Translations under genes and position numbers: made by a program
The notes under the pieces: generated by a model
The model's database searches: none
Seen by the model: the letters and a program-made list of their open reading frames with translations, nothing else
Told to the model about the DNA's origin: nothing
In this document: piece by piece, positions 9,465 to 17,767 of the stretch
Numbering within the stretch: the stretch's first letter is position 1
How the letters are laid out: each line of letters starts with the position of its first letter
Source of the DNA: an uncultured delta proteobacterium
GTDB lineage: Bacteria > Desulfobacterota > Binatia > DP-6
Assembly (NCBI GenBank): GCA_963815115.1
Contig: CAWFFN010000009.1
Span: forward strand, 608,001 to 672,000
Reading direction: 5' to 3'
Length of the DNA stretch: 64,000 bases

Positions 9465-10092
9465 ATGGCACCGCGAGCGACAATCTCGCCGGAGGTGATC
9501 GCTGACGTCCTCGCGATGTCGAGGCGGCGATGCTGCGTCTGCTTCAGCCTTTCAAGCGACACGGAAGAGAAGAAGGGCCAAGTCGCACACATCGACCGCG
9601 ATTCCTCAAACAGCGCCCGCGACAATCTTGTCTTCCTGTGCTTAGACCACCACGACCGGTACGATTCCCGCACGAGCCAGTCCAAGGGTCTCACCGTCGA
9701 GGAGGTCAGGGGATATCGAGCCCAGTTGGAACGCTTCGTCGCTCAATCCCTACCCCTCTCGGACATGGACGTCGCCCGCGCGCTCCTTGCTGGACTCGAC
9801 CGGCCTGCGTTCCGCACCCCGTTTCGCGAGGAGAGCTCGTTACCACGGTTCCGGAGAGCAATCGCTGAGACGATATCGGCGATCAACACTGGAAGGACGC
9901 CGAGCGGGACCCAACTCCCATCAAAGGCCGATGTCCGAGATCCGTCCGTGTGGCTGCCAGGATCCGGACTGCCCCGTCCACATGCTCAGCGACCGAGCAT
10001 ACCGCGAAATGGATCGACGCCGGCATGAACTGCTGGTCGCAGCCCAGGCGGTCGACCCCGCATTCCCGGTGAGTTTTTATGACATGGCGTGA
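9465..10092 (+). CDS. Cassette 1: HNH-nuclease-like protein, frameshift near 9945
   Basis: RRRCCVC...GQVAHID...NSARDNLVFLCLDHHDRYD; C-terminus continues in the 9787-10092 frame, ending just before attC. Confidence 0.65.
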
Positions 10093-10096
10093 TGCG

Positions 10097-10158
10097 GCCC
10101 AACAAGCCGATGCAGCGGACGGCACTTCGCGCCGCCGCTGATCGCCAGGACGTTATGC
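10097..10158 (+). other. attC site 1
   Basis: R'' GCCCAAC ... R' GTTATGC; internal palindrome CAGCGGACGGC/GCCGCCGCTG. Confidence 0.9.
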
Positions 10159-10172
10159 GACAGAGGTGAGCC

Positions 10173-10640
10173 GTGCATCAAACGTTTGACCTCATCGCGG
10201 CATTGGTGACGGCGCTCCTCACCGGCAGCGAATTGGCGATCGGCGTTTTCGTCCATCCCGTACTCTCAAAACTCCAGGAGGCCGCTCACGCTGAGGCGGC
10301 CAAGCCGCTGGCTCGACTGTTGGGGAAGGTCATGCCGTTTTGGTACGCGGCCGCATTGCTCTTGGTCGTCGTTGCGTTGCTCACTCGCGCGGTCGGCACT
10401 TGGTCTTGGTGGGCGTGTCTATCGTCCGCCGCTTTACTTGCCGTTACTGTACCATTCTCGCTGATCTGCCTGGTCCCGATTAACAACCGCGTGGTCGCTT
10501 GGGATTTGAACGCGCTTCCTGGCGACTGGAAAAATGACCGCAGAAGATGGGACCAATACCACTCCATCCGAATCGTGATTCTAGTGCTGGCATCTGTTGC
10601 GATAATGGTTGCGGTCTTGTGGAAGTCCGGTGTCGCATAA
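10173..10640 (+). CDS. Cassette 2: DUF1772 / anthrone-oxygenase-like membrane protein
   Basis: About 4 TM helices, LVPINNR...W...RRRWDQYHSIR; stop codon inside the R'' box. Confidence 0.8.
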   Translation: MHQTFDLIAALVTALLTGSELAIGVFVHPVLSKLQEAAHAEAAKPLARLLGKVMPFWYAAALLLVVVALLTRAVGTWSWWACLSSAALLAVTVPFSLICLVPINNRVVAWDLNALPGDWKNDRRRWDQYHSIRIVILVLASVAIMVAVLWKSGVA

Positions 10641-10734
10641 CCAGCTGTTGCAGCGGACCGGGCGGGCGTTGCGGTCCTCGTGATTGGATAGTCGGTCGGT
10701 GCCCGCCCGGCCGCTGAACGTCAATCCGTTGGCC
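10635..10734 (+). other. attC site 2
   Basis: R'' GCATAAC (complement of cassette start GTTATGC) ... R' GTTGGCC; stem CAGCGGACCGGGCGGGC/GCCCGCCCGGCCGCTG. Confidence 0.9.
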
Positions 10735-10740
10735 TACCCA

Positions 10741-11541
10741 ATGAGCGCGCCGAACCCGAGCCCACCGACTCCCTTTGCCGGTACCGCGACTTACTACGCT
10801 CGACACCGTCCGCCGTATCCGGATGAGTTCTTGTCCGAACTGCGATCTCGCGCCAGGACCACTGGGTATGGTTCGCTGCTCGATCTCGCTTGCGGACCGG
10901 GCCGCGTGGCGATCCCGATGGCGCCGTACTTCAAGCGCGTATTGGCTGTTGATGTCGAAGCCGAGATGATTGCAGGCGGCCAGCAGGAAGCCAGCAGATG
11001 CGGCGTTACGAAGATCGCGTGGGCTGTGGGGCGAGCAGAGGATCTGCAACTCCCGGCCGCCTCGCTCGAACTCATCACCATCGGCGAAGCGTTCCACCGG
11101 TTCGATCAGGAGCGCATCTTGAAGCGTGCCGTGGGATGGCTTCAACGTCGAGGGTCGCTGGCCACGCTCGGCGCCGAGCCTGTGTGGCGCGGCCCGGAGG
11201 AGTGGAAGCGAGTACTCGTGGAGGTCGTGAACAAGTGGACGGGACAGTCGTTGGGTGACCCCAACGAGCATGCGTGGGGCGGTCCCATCGACGAACTCCG
11301 CACGGCAGGTCTGGAGGTGGAAGAGCGCGAGTCGATCGTTGAGCGGATATGGACGTGCGATTCGATCATCGGCTTCATGTTCTCTACATCCATCGCTTCA
11401 CGCCGGGTTCTGGGGGACCAGGCGAGTACCTTCGAAGCGGACTTACGCGGGGCGCTCCTCGAGGCGGAGCCGAGTGACCGGTTCGCTTCGATGCAGAGGT
11501 TCGGTTTCACCTTGGGCATGAAGGATGGCGGCGATGGGTGA
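10741..11541 (+). CDS. Cassette 3: class I SAM-dependent methyltransferase
   Basis: YYARHRPPYP, LLDLACGPG, AVDVEAEM, GEAFHRFD. Confidence 0.9.
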   Translation: MSAPNPSPPTPFAGTATYYARHRPPYPDEFLSELRSRARTTGYGSLLDLACGPGRVAIPMAPYFKRVLAVDVEAEMIAGGQQEASRCGVTKIAWAVGRAEDLQLPAASLELITIGEAFHRFDQERILKRAVGWLQRRGSLATLGAEPVWRGPEEWKRVLVEVVNKWTGQSLGDPNEHAWGGPIDELRTAGLEVEERESIVERIWTCDSIIGFMFSTSIASRRVLGDQASTFEADLRGALLEAEPSDRFASMQRFGFTLGMKDGGDG

Positions 11542-11577
11542 CGTATCGTTCCTTCGGGTGAACCTCCATCAGCGGCG

Positions 11578-11693
11578 GCCCAACAAGCCGCTGAAGCTGA
11601 CGGCCGCGGGCTTCTGCCACGCGGATGGCTTCGGATGACACGAGTCGTGGCACCTTTCACCCGCGGCCGCAGCTTAGCGGCCATCCGTTAGAT
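11578..11693 (+). other. attC site 3 (R' box interrupted by IS110; now GTTAGAT)
   Basis: R'' GCCCAAC; stem CCGCTGAAGCTGACGGCCGCGGG/CCGCGGCCGCAGCTTAGCGG; R' GTTAG at 11687. Confidence 0.9.
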
Positions 11694-11706
11694 ACTCTCT
11701 CCTTCG

Positions 11707-12699
11707 TCAAGCAGCCGTGTGGAACTTCTCCGCTACGAATGCCGTCCGGGTCGTGAGCATCCCGTAGATCGCGTGCAGGAGCTTGCGCATGACGGCGACG
11801 TAAGCTTGCAGCGGGGTCTTGCCGCGCGCGACGAGCTTCTCGTGGAATGCGCGCACGTGGCGATTGTGTTGGACGGCGACGAGCGCCGGCATGTACAGCG
11901 CCCGCCGGATGTGGGCGTTGCCCACCTTCGAGATGCGCGCGGGCTTGTCGACGGACGTGCCCGATTGATGGGCGCGGGGATCGAGACCGGCATGGGCCAC
12001 CCACTGCCGCACCGTCATGGACTCGGGCAGCACGAGCAGCTCGGGGAGCAGCTGGACGGCGCTGTGGGTCGCGATCCCGGGCACGGACACCAGGAGGTCG
12101 AAGGCCGTCTGCAGCGCTGCGTGCTTGCCGATGAGCGTGACGGCTTGGGCCGAGAGGAGCTCCATGCGGCGCTCGAGGTGGCGGACGTTCACGTCGATAT
12201 CGCGGCACACCACGGGGGACGCGGCTGCCGTGGCCTGCAGAGCGTGCAGGCGATTGCGTTCGCGCGTCCGCTCGACGACCAGCGCGGCGATCCGGCGCGC
12301 GATGGCGCGCAGCTCCAGCACGTGCGCCGCCGGCGGCTCCCAGGCCACGAACGGCATCCGGATGACGAAGTCCCGCAGCGCGACGGCGGCCGTCAGGTCC
12401 GTCTTGGAGCGCTGCATGAGCGCCCCCGTGAACTGCTTGATGGCCCGGGGGTTGGCCACCATCACCGCCACCCCCCGTGTGCGCTGCAACGCCAGCGCGA
12501 CGTCGAGACTGTACGTCCCCGTCGACTCCAGGACCACCCGCACCGTGCGCCCGCCCTTCGTCAGCCGCCGGACCAAGCGCTGGTGGCCGGCGGCGTCATT
12601 GTCGAAGCGCGCCATCTCGAGCCGGCGTTCATCCCGTCGCACCGCGACGTCGAGCACGGCTTTGCTGACATCGATTCCCGCCTCCGTCACCTTGCGCAT
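11707..12699 (-). CDS. IS110 family transposase / bridge recombinase
   Basis: GIDVSK (D10), LESTG (E58), NPRAI, KTDLTAA (D101, A104), VPGIA, AGLDP..HQSGTS, ISKVGNAHIRRALY, AVMRKLL; RBS GGAGG. Confidence 0.95.
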   Translation of the reverse strand: MRKVTEAGIDVSKAVLDVAVRRDERRLEMARFDNDAAGHQRLVRRLTKGGRTVRVVLESTGTYSLDVALALQRTRGVAVMVANPRAIKQFTGALMQRSKTDLTAAVALRDFVIRMPFVAWEPPAAHVLELRAIARRIAALVVERTRERNRLHALQATAAASPVVCRDIDVNVRHLERRMELLSAQAVTLIGKHAALQTAFDLLVSVPGIATHSAVQLLPELLVLPESMTVRQWVAHAGLDPRAHQSGTSVDKPARISKVGNAHIRRALYMPALVAVQHNRHVRAFHEKLVARGKTPLQAYVAVMRKLLHAIYGMLTTRTAFVAEKFHTAA

Positions 12700-12754
12700 C
12701 CTCCACCTCCAGTCCTAGTCTCGCGCTCCGGGCCCCCCGACCCTGCACCTTGCG

Positions 12755-12915
12755 CCTACCGCTCTTGTGGATGCAGGCTGCCGGCCTCGGATACTCCACG
12801 GCATAGGCGAAGAGGGCGGGGGGCCGATCTAACGAACAAGCTCACGGCTTCTAGGCAGTCCGGCCTTCCCGGAGCGCCCTCCTCGCCTACACCGTGAGAG
12901 TCCGCAGCTGAAATC
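12755..12915 (-). ncRNA. Putative bridge RNA in the IS110 left non-coding end
   Basis: 15-bp stem (12804-12818/12875-12889) enclosing a loop with GACUGCCU and CGUUAG; second loop with GGAGUAUC and ACAAG; each loop has a short apical hairpin; RNA ends approximate. Confidence 0.75.
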
Positions 12916-12981
12916 CGAGATACAAGGCGGCGACGAAAGGTTCGTGGTTCAACAGTCCTTGTGTTGCAAAGGAGGTGTTCC

Positions 12982-13236
12982 GTGGACGACACCCTTCTGG
13001 TGTTCCTGGAGAAGCTGGCGAGGATTGGAGAGGATAACGACGCTCGCGAGACCGCGCGTCCCAAACGCATGCTCAACATCACGCGCGACACGGGTCGCCT
13101 CCTCTGGATCCTTATCAGGGCCATGGGCGCCACCCGGATACTGGAGATCGGTACCTCCAACGCATTCTCCACAATCTGGCTGGCCGATGCCGCACGCTCG
13201 ACCGGCGGCCGCGTCACAACGCTTGAGCTCAACCCC
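12982..13236 (+). pseudogene. Cassette 4: truncated O-methyltransferase (Methyltransf_3-like)
   Basis: RBS GGAGG, GTG; TGRLLWILIRAMGATRILEIGTSNAFSTIWLA..VTTLELNP, then runs abruptly into an attC 3' end. Confidence 0.8.
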
Positions 13237-13254
13237 TTATGCAGGCTGTTAGGC
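13236..13254 (+). other. Right-hand remnant of an attC
   Basis: CTTATGCAGGCTGTTAGGC (L'-spacer-R' GTTAGGC 13248-13254); complement GCCTAAC ends the next cassette. Confidence 0.7.
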
Positions 13255-13270
13255 GCTTGGTGGTGCTTTC

Positions 13271-13792
13271 GTGCTCGTGAACATCGCAACGATTGAGACG
13301 GAGCGGTTGAGGCTGCGGGCATTTGACGGCGGCGATCTACAGCCTTATGCCGAGATGTACGCGGACGACCTGTTCGTTCGTTATCTCGGTGGGAAGACGC
13401 TGACCAAAGAGCAAGCTTGGGAGAATATGGCCATCATACTGGGGCACTGGTCTCTGCTTGGATACGGCATCTGGGCAATTGAACGCCTAGGAACCGGTGA
13501 GCTTGTTGGAAGAGCTGGTCTATTGAATCTTCCTGGCTGGCCCGATGTGGAGGTCTGCTGGGCATTGTCCCCAAGCTTCTGGGGTAACGGATACGCTACC
13601 GAGGCGTCAAAGGCCGCTATCAATTGGGCATTCCGTGAGGCGGGCATGCGTCGCCTCATCAGCCTGATTCACCCCACAAACCAACGCTCTGAAGCGGTCG
13701 CGCTTCGTCTGGGCGAACGGTTTCGCGAACAAATCACCTTCGAAGCGAAGCCAACCAATGTATACGAAATCCTCAATGCACAACGCGCCTAA
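13271..13792 (+). CDS. Cassette 5: GNAT (RimJ/RimL-like) acetyltransferase
   Basis: IETERLRLR, GYGIWAIE, EVCWAL..FWGNGYATEA, LIHPTNQRSEAVALRLG; lower GC. Confidence 0.9.
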   Translation: MLVNIATIETERLRLRAFDGGDLQPYAEMYADDLFVRYLGGKTLTKEQAWENMAIILGHWSLLGYGIWAIERLGTGELVGRAGLLNLPGWPDVEVCWALSPSFWGNGYATEASKAAINWAFREAGMRRLISLIHPTNQRSEAVALRLGERFREQITFEAKPTNVYEILNAQRA

Positions 13793-13852
13793 CAAGCAGT
13801 TGCAGGTGACGCTACGCCTGTGGCGCAGCGCACCTGAACTGCGGCGTTAGGC
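13787..13852 (+). other. attC site (cassette 5)
   Basis: GCCTAAC...GTTAGGC; stem GCAGTTGCAGGTGACGCT/AGCGCACCTGAACTGC. Confidence 0.93.
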
Positions 13853-13870
13853 GAGTCCGCCGCTCGCCCC

Positions 13871-14901
13871 ATGAAAACCAAGCTGACACACCTCGCGCTG
13901 GCAGCAACGCTGGCCCTGATCCCGACCATCGACTGTCAGGCTCAGACCGTGCCCGTTACCGTGGACAACTTCATCCGCGCCGAGTCCGACTTGTATCTCG
14001 GCGGCATTCTCAAGGACAGCGGCGGAGCCCTCGGCGAGTTCAACCATCGCCGCGAACCTGCGGACATCGGCAACCAGACGGTCATCCGCTTGAACCGCGA
14101 CACGCTCTATTCGTCGGTCGTGTTCGACCTCGATGCCGGACCGGTGACCATCACGCTGCCCGATGCGGGCCCGCGCTTCCGCTCCATGCAGGTCATCAAT
14201 CAGGATCACTACGTGCCGGCGGTGATCTACCAGGCCGGTGCCCATACGCTCGACAAAGCCCTGGTCGGCACGCGCTATGTGGCGGTGGCGGTCCGCACCT
14301 TGGTCGATCCCGCGAACCCCGAAGACGTCACGCAGGTCCACGCGCTGCAGGACGCGATCAAGGTCGAGCAGCCGGGCGGCCCCGGCAAATTCGAGATACC
14401 GGAGTGGGACGCCGCCAGCCAGAAGAAGGTGCGCGACGCGCTGCTCGTGCTCGCCACGACGATGCCCGACTTCAGGCAATGCTTCGGCACGAGAGAGCAG
14501 GTCGATCCCGTTCGTCATCTCGTCGGCAGCGCCGCCGCGTGGGGCGGCAATCCCGACAAGGATGCGACGTATCTCAACTTCACCCCGGCCAAGAACGACG
14601 GCACAACCGTCTACCGGCTCGTGGTCAAAGACGTGCCCGTGGAGCGTTCTGGTCGATCAGCGTCTACAACGCCAAAGGTTACTTCGAGCCGAACAAGGAA
14701 AGCGCCTACTCGGTGAACAACCTCACCGCGAAAAAGAGCGCGGATGGTTCGGTCGCCATCCAGTTCGGTGGCGCCGCTGATGGCGCGCCGAATTACCTGC
14801 CGATCACCCCCGGTTGGAACTACACCGTGCGCCTCTATCGCCCGAGGAAGGAAATCCTCGACGGCACTTGGAAATTTCCCGAGCCGCAGCCGGTGAAGTG
14901 A
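13871..14901 (+). CDS. Cassette 6: secreted DUF1254/DUF1214 protein, frameshift near 14645
   Basis: [23 protein letters not shown]; continues FWSISVYN...[10 protein letters not shown] in the 14404-14901 frame. Confidence 0.85.
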
Positions 14902-14938
14902 ACTCTCCCGTCATGCCGGGTTCCAGTATGAACACATC

Positions 14939-15028
14939 GGCTAACCCGCTGCAGCGAAGCCGGCGTGAGCGTCGTGGTTGGAATCCCCGCATCCCGTGCG
15001 CCGGGTCGCTGAGCTTGGGTCGGTAGGC
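14939..15028 (+). other. Degenerate attC site
   Basis: GGCTAAC ... GGTAGGC (GTT changed to GGT); stem CAGCGAAGCCGGCG/CGCCGGGTCGCTG. Confidence 0.75.
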
Positions 15029-15037
15029 GCGCGGGAG

Positions 15038-15574
15038 ATGGCCGTGCCTGAATCAGGGTCTCGAGTGCCGACTCTGTACATTTTTTCCGGACTTCCCGGG
15101 AGCGGTAAGTCCACGCTCTCGCAATTGCTCGCGCGGCAACTCTCGGCGGTCTATTTGCGAATCGATACGATCGAGCAAGGACTACGGGAGCTTTGCTCGT
15201 TCGACGTGCAGGGAGAGGGCTACGGTCTCGCCTACAGAATTGCGTCTGACGATCTTCGCCTAGGACTGAGCGTCGTCGCGGATTCGTGTAACCCGATCGA
15301 ACTCACTCGGCGCGAGTGGGAACAGGTGGCACGCGATGCGCATGCTGACTACATCAACATCGAGGTCATCTGCTCCGACGCTCGTGAGCATCGCCGAAGA
15401 GCGGAGGTACGGGTTGCAGAAGTGTCTGGGTTGAAGCTCCCGACGTGGAGCGAGATCGAGAATCGTGAGTACCATGGCTGGACGGTCGACCGAGTGATTG
15501 TCGACACTGCGGGTAGGTCGAAGACGGAGTGTGCAAGTGACCTTCTCTCGAAAGTATCTCGGCGGCGCGCCTAG
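15038..15574 (+). CDS. Cassette 7: P-loop kinase (AAA_33-like)
   Basis: FSGLPGSGKSTLS, YLRIDTIEQ, SVVADSCNP. Confidence 0.85.
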   Translation: MAVPESGSRVPTLYIFSGLPGSGKSTLSQLLARQLSAVYLRIDTIEQGLRELCSFDVQGEGYGLAYRIASDDLRLGLSVVADSCNPIELTRREWEQVARDAHADYINIEVICSDAREHRRRAEVRVAEVSGLKLPTWSEIENREYHGWTVDRVIVDTAGRSKTECASDLLSKVSRRRA

Positions 15575-15665
15575 CCATTCGTTGGAGCGGACCCAACGAG
15601 GCGTCACGTCGTTTGCATGCACAAACGCTGCGCCACCTCGTCGGGCCGCTCTACTCAACTGCAGA
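15569..15665 (+). other. Degenerate terminal attC
   Basis: GCCTAGC R''; stem GAGCGGACCCAACGAGG/CCTCGTCGGGCCGCTC; no GTT R' box. Confidence 0.6.
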
Positions 15666-15679
15666 ACGAGGGGACTCCC

Positions 15680-17095
15680 GTGAATCGAGACGACCTGTGC
15701 TACGAGGCCACGGCCTCCCTGGCGCGCCGGATCCGCACCGGGGAGGTGTCGCCGCTTCAAGCGGTCGACGCCTATCTCGAGCGCATCGAGCGTGTCGATC
15801 CACGGGTCCACAGCTACCTCCACGTGGCCGCCGACCACGCCCGCGAGGCGGCACGGCGGGCGGAGCGGGCGCTCGCGGCGGGCGGTGAGCTCGGCGCGCT
15901 GCACGGCGTTCCCCTGGCGGTGAAAGACCTGTTCGACACCGCGGGCATGCCGACGACCTGCGGATCGCCGCGCATCCTCGGCGGCAACGTGCCGACGCGC
16001 ACTGCGACCGCCGTCGAACGGCTCGAGCAGGCGGGAGCGGTGCTCCTCGGCAAGCTCCACATGACCGAGTTCGCCTTCATTGCCCACCATCCCGACACGC
16101 AGGCCGCGCGGAATCCGTGGGCGCTGGACCGCTCGCCTGGCGGCTCGTCCAGCGGCTCGGCAGTCGCGGCGGCGTGTGGGCTGGCGAGCGCGACGCTCGG
16201 GACCGACACGGCGGCGTCGATCCGGCTTCCGGCCGCGTGGTGCGGCGCCGTCGGGCTCAAGCCCACATGGGGGCGGGTGTCGCGCGACGGCGTCTTCCCG
16301 CTGGCGGCGTCATTCGACCAGGTGGGTCCGATGGCGCGGAACGTCGCGGACGCGGCGCTCCTGCTGCACTGTATCGCCGGTCCCGATCCCCGCGACCCGT
16401 CCACGCGACGACAGGAAGCGCCGCCTGCCGAGCCGGCGGCACGAGACGACTTCAAGGGTGTGCGCATCGGGTGGGATGAAGACTATGCGACGATGGGCGT
16501 TTTCCCCGATGTCGTCGCGGCCGTGCGGGCGGCACGAGGTCGCATGGAGGCGCTCGGGGCGACGATCGTCCCGGTCGAGTTGCCGGACCTGGAGACCACG
16601 GTGACGACCTTCACCAGCGTGTTCGACGTCGAGATGCGGGCCGCGCACGCGGGGCTCTACCCGGAGCGCGCTCCGGACTACGGCCCGCTCGTGCGCCACG
16701 CGCTCGCCCACTTCTCGACTCGCGACCCGCTCGTACACGTCGGGGGCGCGATCGAAGCACGCGCGTTTCGGCAGCGGATCGATCAGCTGTTCGACGCGAC
16801 CGACGTGCTGCTCTGTCCCGTGTCCTCCATCACCGCACCGCCGCGGGTCGACGAGGGGACGATCGTCGCGATCTTCGCGGACGACCATCGCAACATCATC
16901 CGCCTGACGCGCTTGACCTCTTTCTGGGACCTGGCCGCGACGCCCGCCATCTCGCTGCCGTGGGGCTTCGATCGCGATGGACTGCCGCTCGCCGTGCAGC
17001 TCGTGACCCGGGTCGGGACCGACGAAGCGCTCCTCTCGATTGCCGCGCGCCTCGAGGTGGAGGCGCCGGATCGCGGACGGCGTCCACCACTCTGA
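15680..17095 (+). CDS. Amidase signature family enzyme
   Basis: GVPLAVKDLF, SPGGSSSGSA, LGTDTAASIRLPA, GLKPT. Confidence 0.92.
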   Translation: MNRDDLCYEATASLARRIRTGEVSPLQAVDAYLERIERVDPRVHSYLHVAADHAREAARRAERALAAGGELGALHGVPLAVKDLFDTAGMPTTCGSPRILGGNVPTRTATAVERLEQAGAVLLGKLHMTEFAFIAHHPDTQAARNPWALDRSPGGSSSGSAVAAACGLASATLGTDTAASIRLPAAWCGAVGLKPTWGRVSRDGVFPLAASFDQVGPMARNVADAALLLHCIAGPDPRDPSTRRQEAPPAEPAARDDFKGVRIGWDEDYATMGVFPDVVAAVRAARGRMEALGATIVPVELPDLETTVTTFTSVFDVEMRAAHAGLYPERAPDYGPLVRHALAHFSTRDPLVHVGGAIEARAFRQRIDQLFDATDVLLCPVSSITAPPRVDEGTIVAIFADDHRNIIRLTRLTSFWDLAATPAISLPWGFDRDGLPLAVQLVTRVGTDEALLSIAARLEVEAPDRGRRPPL

Positions 17096-17110
17096 CCATC
17101 ACGCGGCGCC

Positions 17111-17767
17111 TCACGACGACGAACGCCACTCCGGCGCGAGACCGTCGAGCATCGCGGGCACCTCGCGCAGGTCGCGGACGACGCGAGCGCTCGAGGTATG
17201 CTCGCCCACGGCGATGAAGTGCACGCCTGCCGACCGGGCGGCGGCCGCGTCGCTCTCGGCGTCGCCGACGTAGACGGCGGCGGCGGGCGGCACGGCGAGC
17301 CTCGCGAGGCACTCCAGGATGACGTCCGGGTGCGGCTTGGGGCGTGGCACGTCGAGAACGCCGACGGCTGCGTCGAGCCAGACGTCGAGCCCGAAGCGGC
17401 GCACGACCTCGGGCACCGTGCTGCCGCGATTGGTGGCCATGCCGAGGCGCCACGAAGGCCGCAGGGTCGCCAGCACGTCGAAGAGTCCGGAGGCCGGCAC
17501 CATCAGCTCGTAGAATGGCTCGTAGTCGATGAGGCGGGCGACGCGTAGCGCCTCCTCGAGTGTCGCCGGATCTGGCCCGAACATCTCCTCCAGGACGCTG
17601 GACGCGGCCAGGAAGTGCGCCCGGCGCTCCCACTCCGCGTCCATCGGTGGGAGCCCGAGCCTCGCCCGGATCGCGTTGTAGTAGGCGACGTTTGCGTGCC
17701 AGGAATCGAACAGCACGCCGTCGCAGTCGAAGATGACCGCGCGCGCGGTCGCGGGCACGGGGCTCAC
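17111..17767 (-). CDS. HAD-family hydrolase
   Basis: IFDCDGVLFDS, ATNRG, PKPHPD, YVGDAESD; GTGA overlap with upstream gene. Confidence 0.88.
   Translation of the reverse strand: MSPVPATARAVIFDCDGVLFDSWHANVAYYNAIRARLGLPPMDAEWERRAHFLAASSVLEEMFGPDPATLEEALRVARLIDYEPFYELMVPASGLFDVLATLRPSWRLGMATNRGSTVPEVVRRFGLDVWLDAAVGVLDVPRPKPHPDVILECLARLAVPPAAAVYVGDAESDAAAARSAGVHFIAVGEHTSSARVVRDLREVPAMLDGLAPEWRSSS

Larger units (their letters stand above)
11690..12926 (-). mobile_element. IS110-family (IS621-like) insertion sequence, about 1.24 kb, bounded by duplicated CT core (AG on + strand at 11690-11691 and 12925-12926)
   Basis: Minus-strand ends CT|TGTATC (left) and TTGACG..AGAGTAT|CT (right); no terminal IRs; excision restores CCGTTAGGCGG. 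Confidence 0.9.

Noticed and set aside
11690-12926. IS1111-attC subgroup assignment
   Set aside because: No sub-terminal inverted repeats; the long non-coding end is upstream of the transposase and the ends are IS621-like.
9441-15665. CRISPR array
   Set aside because: The repeats are variable-length attC palindromes separated by whole genes; no cas genes.
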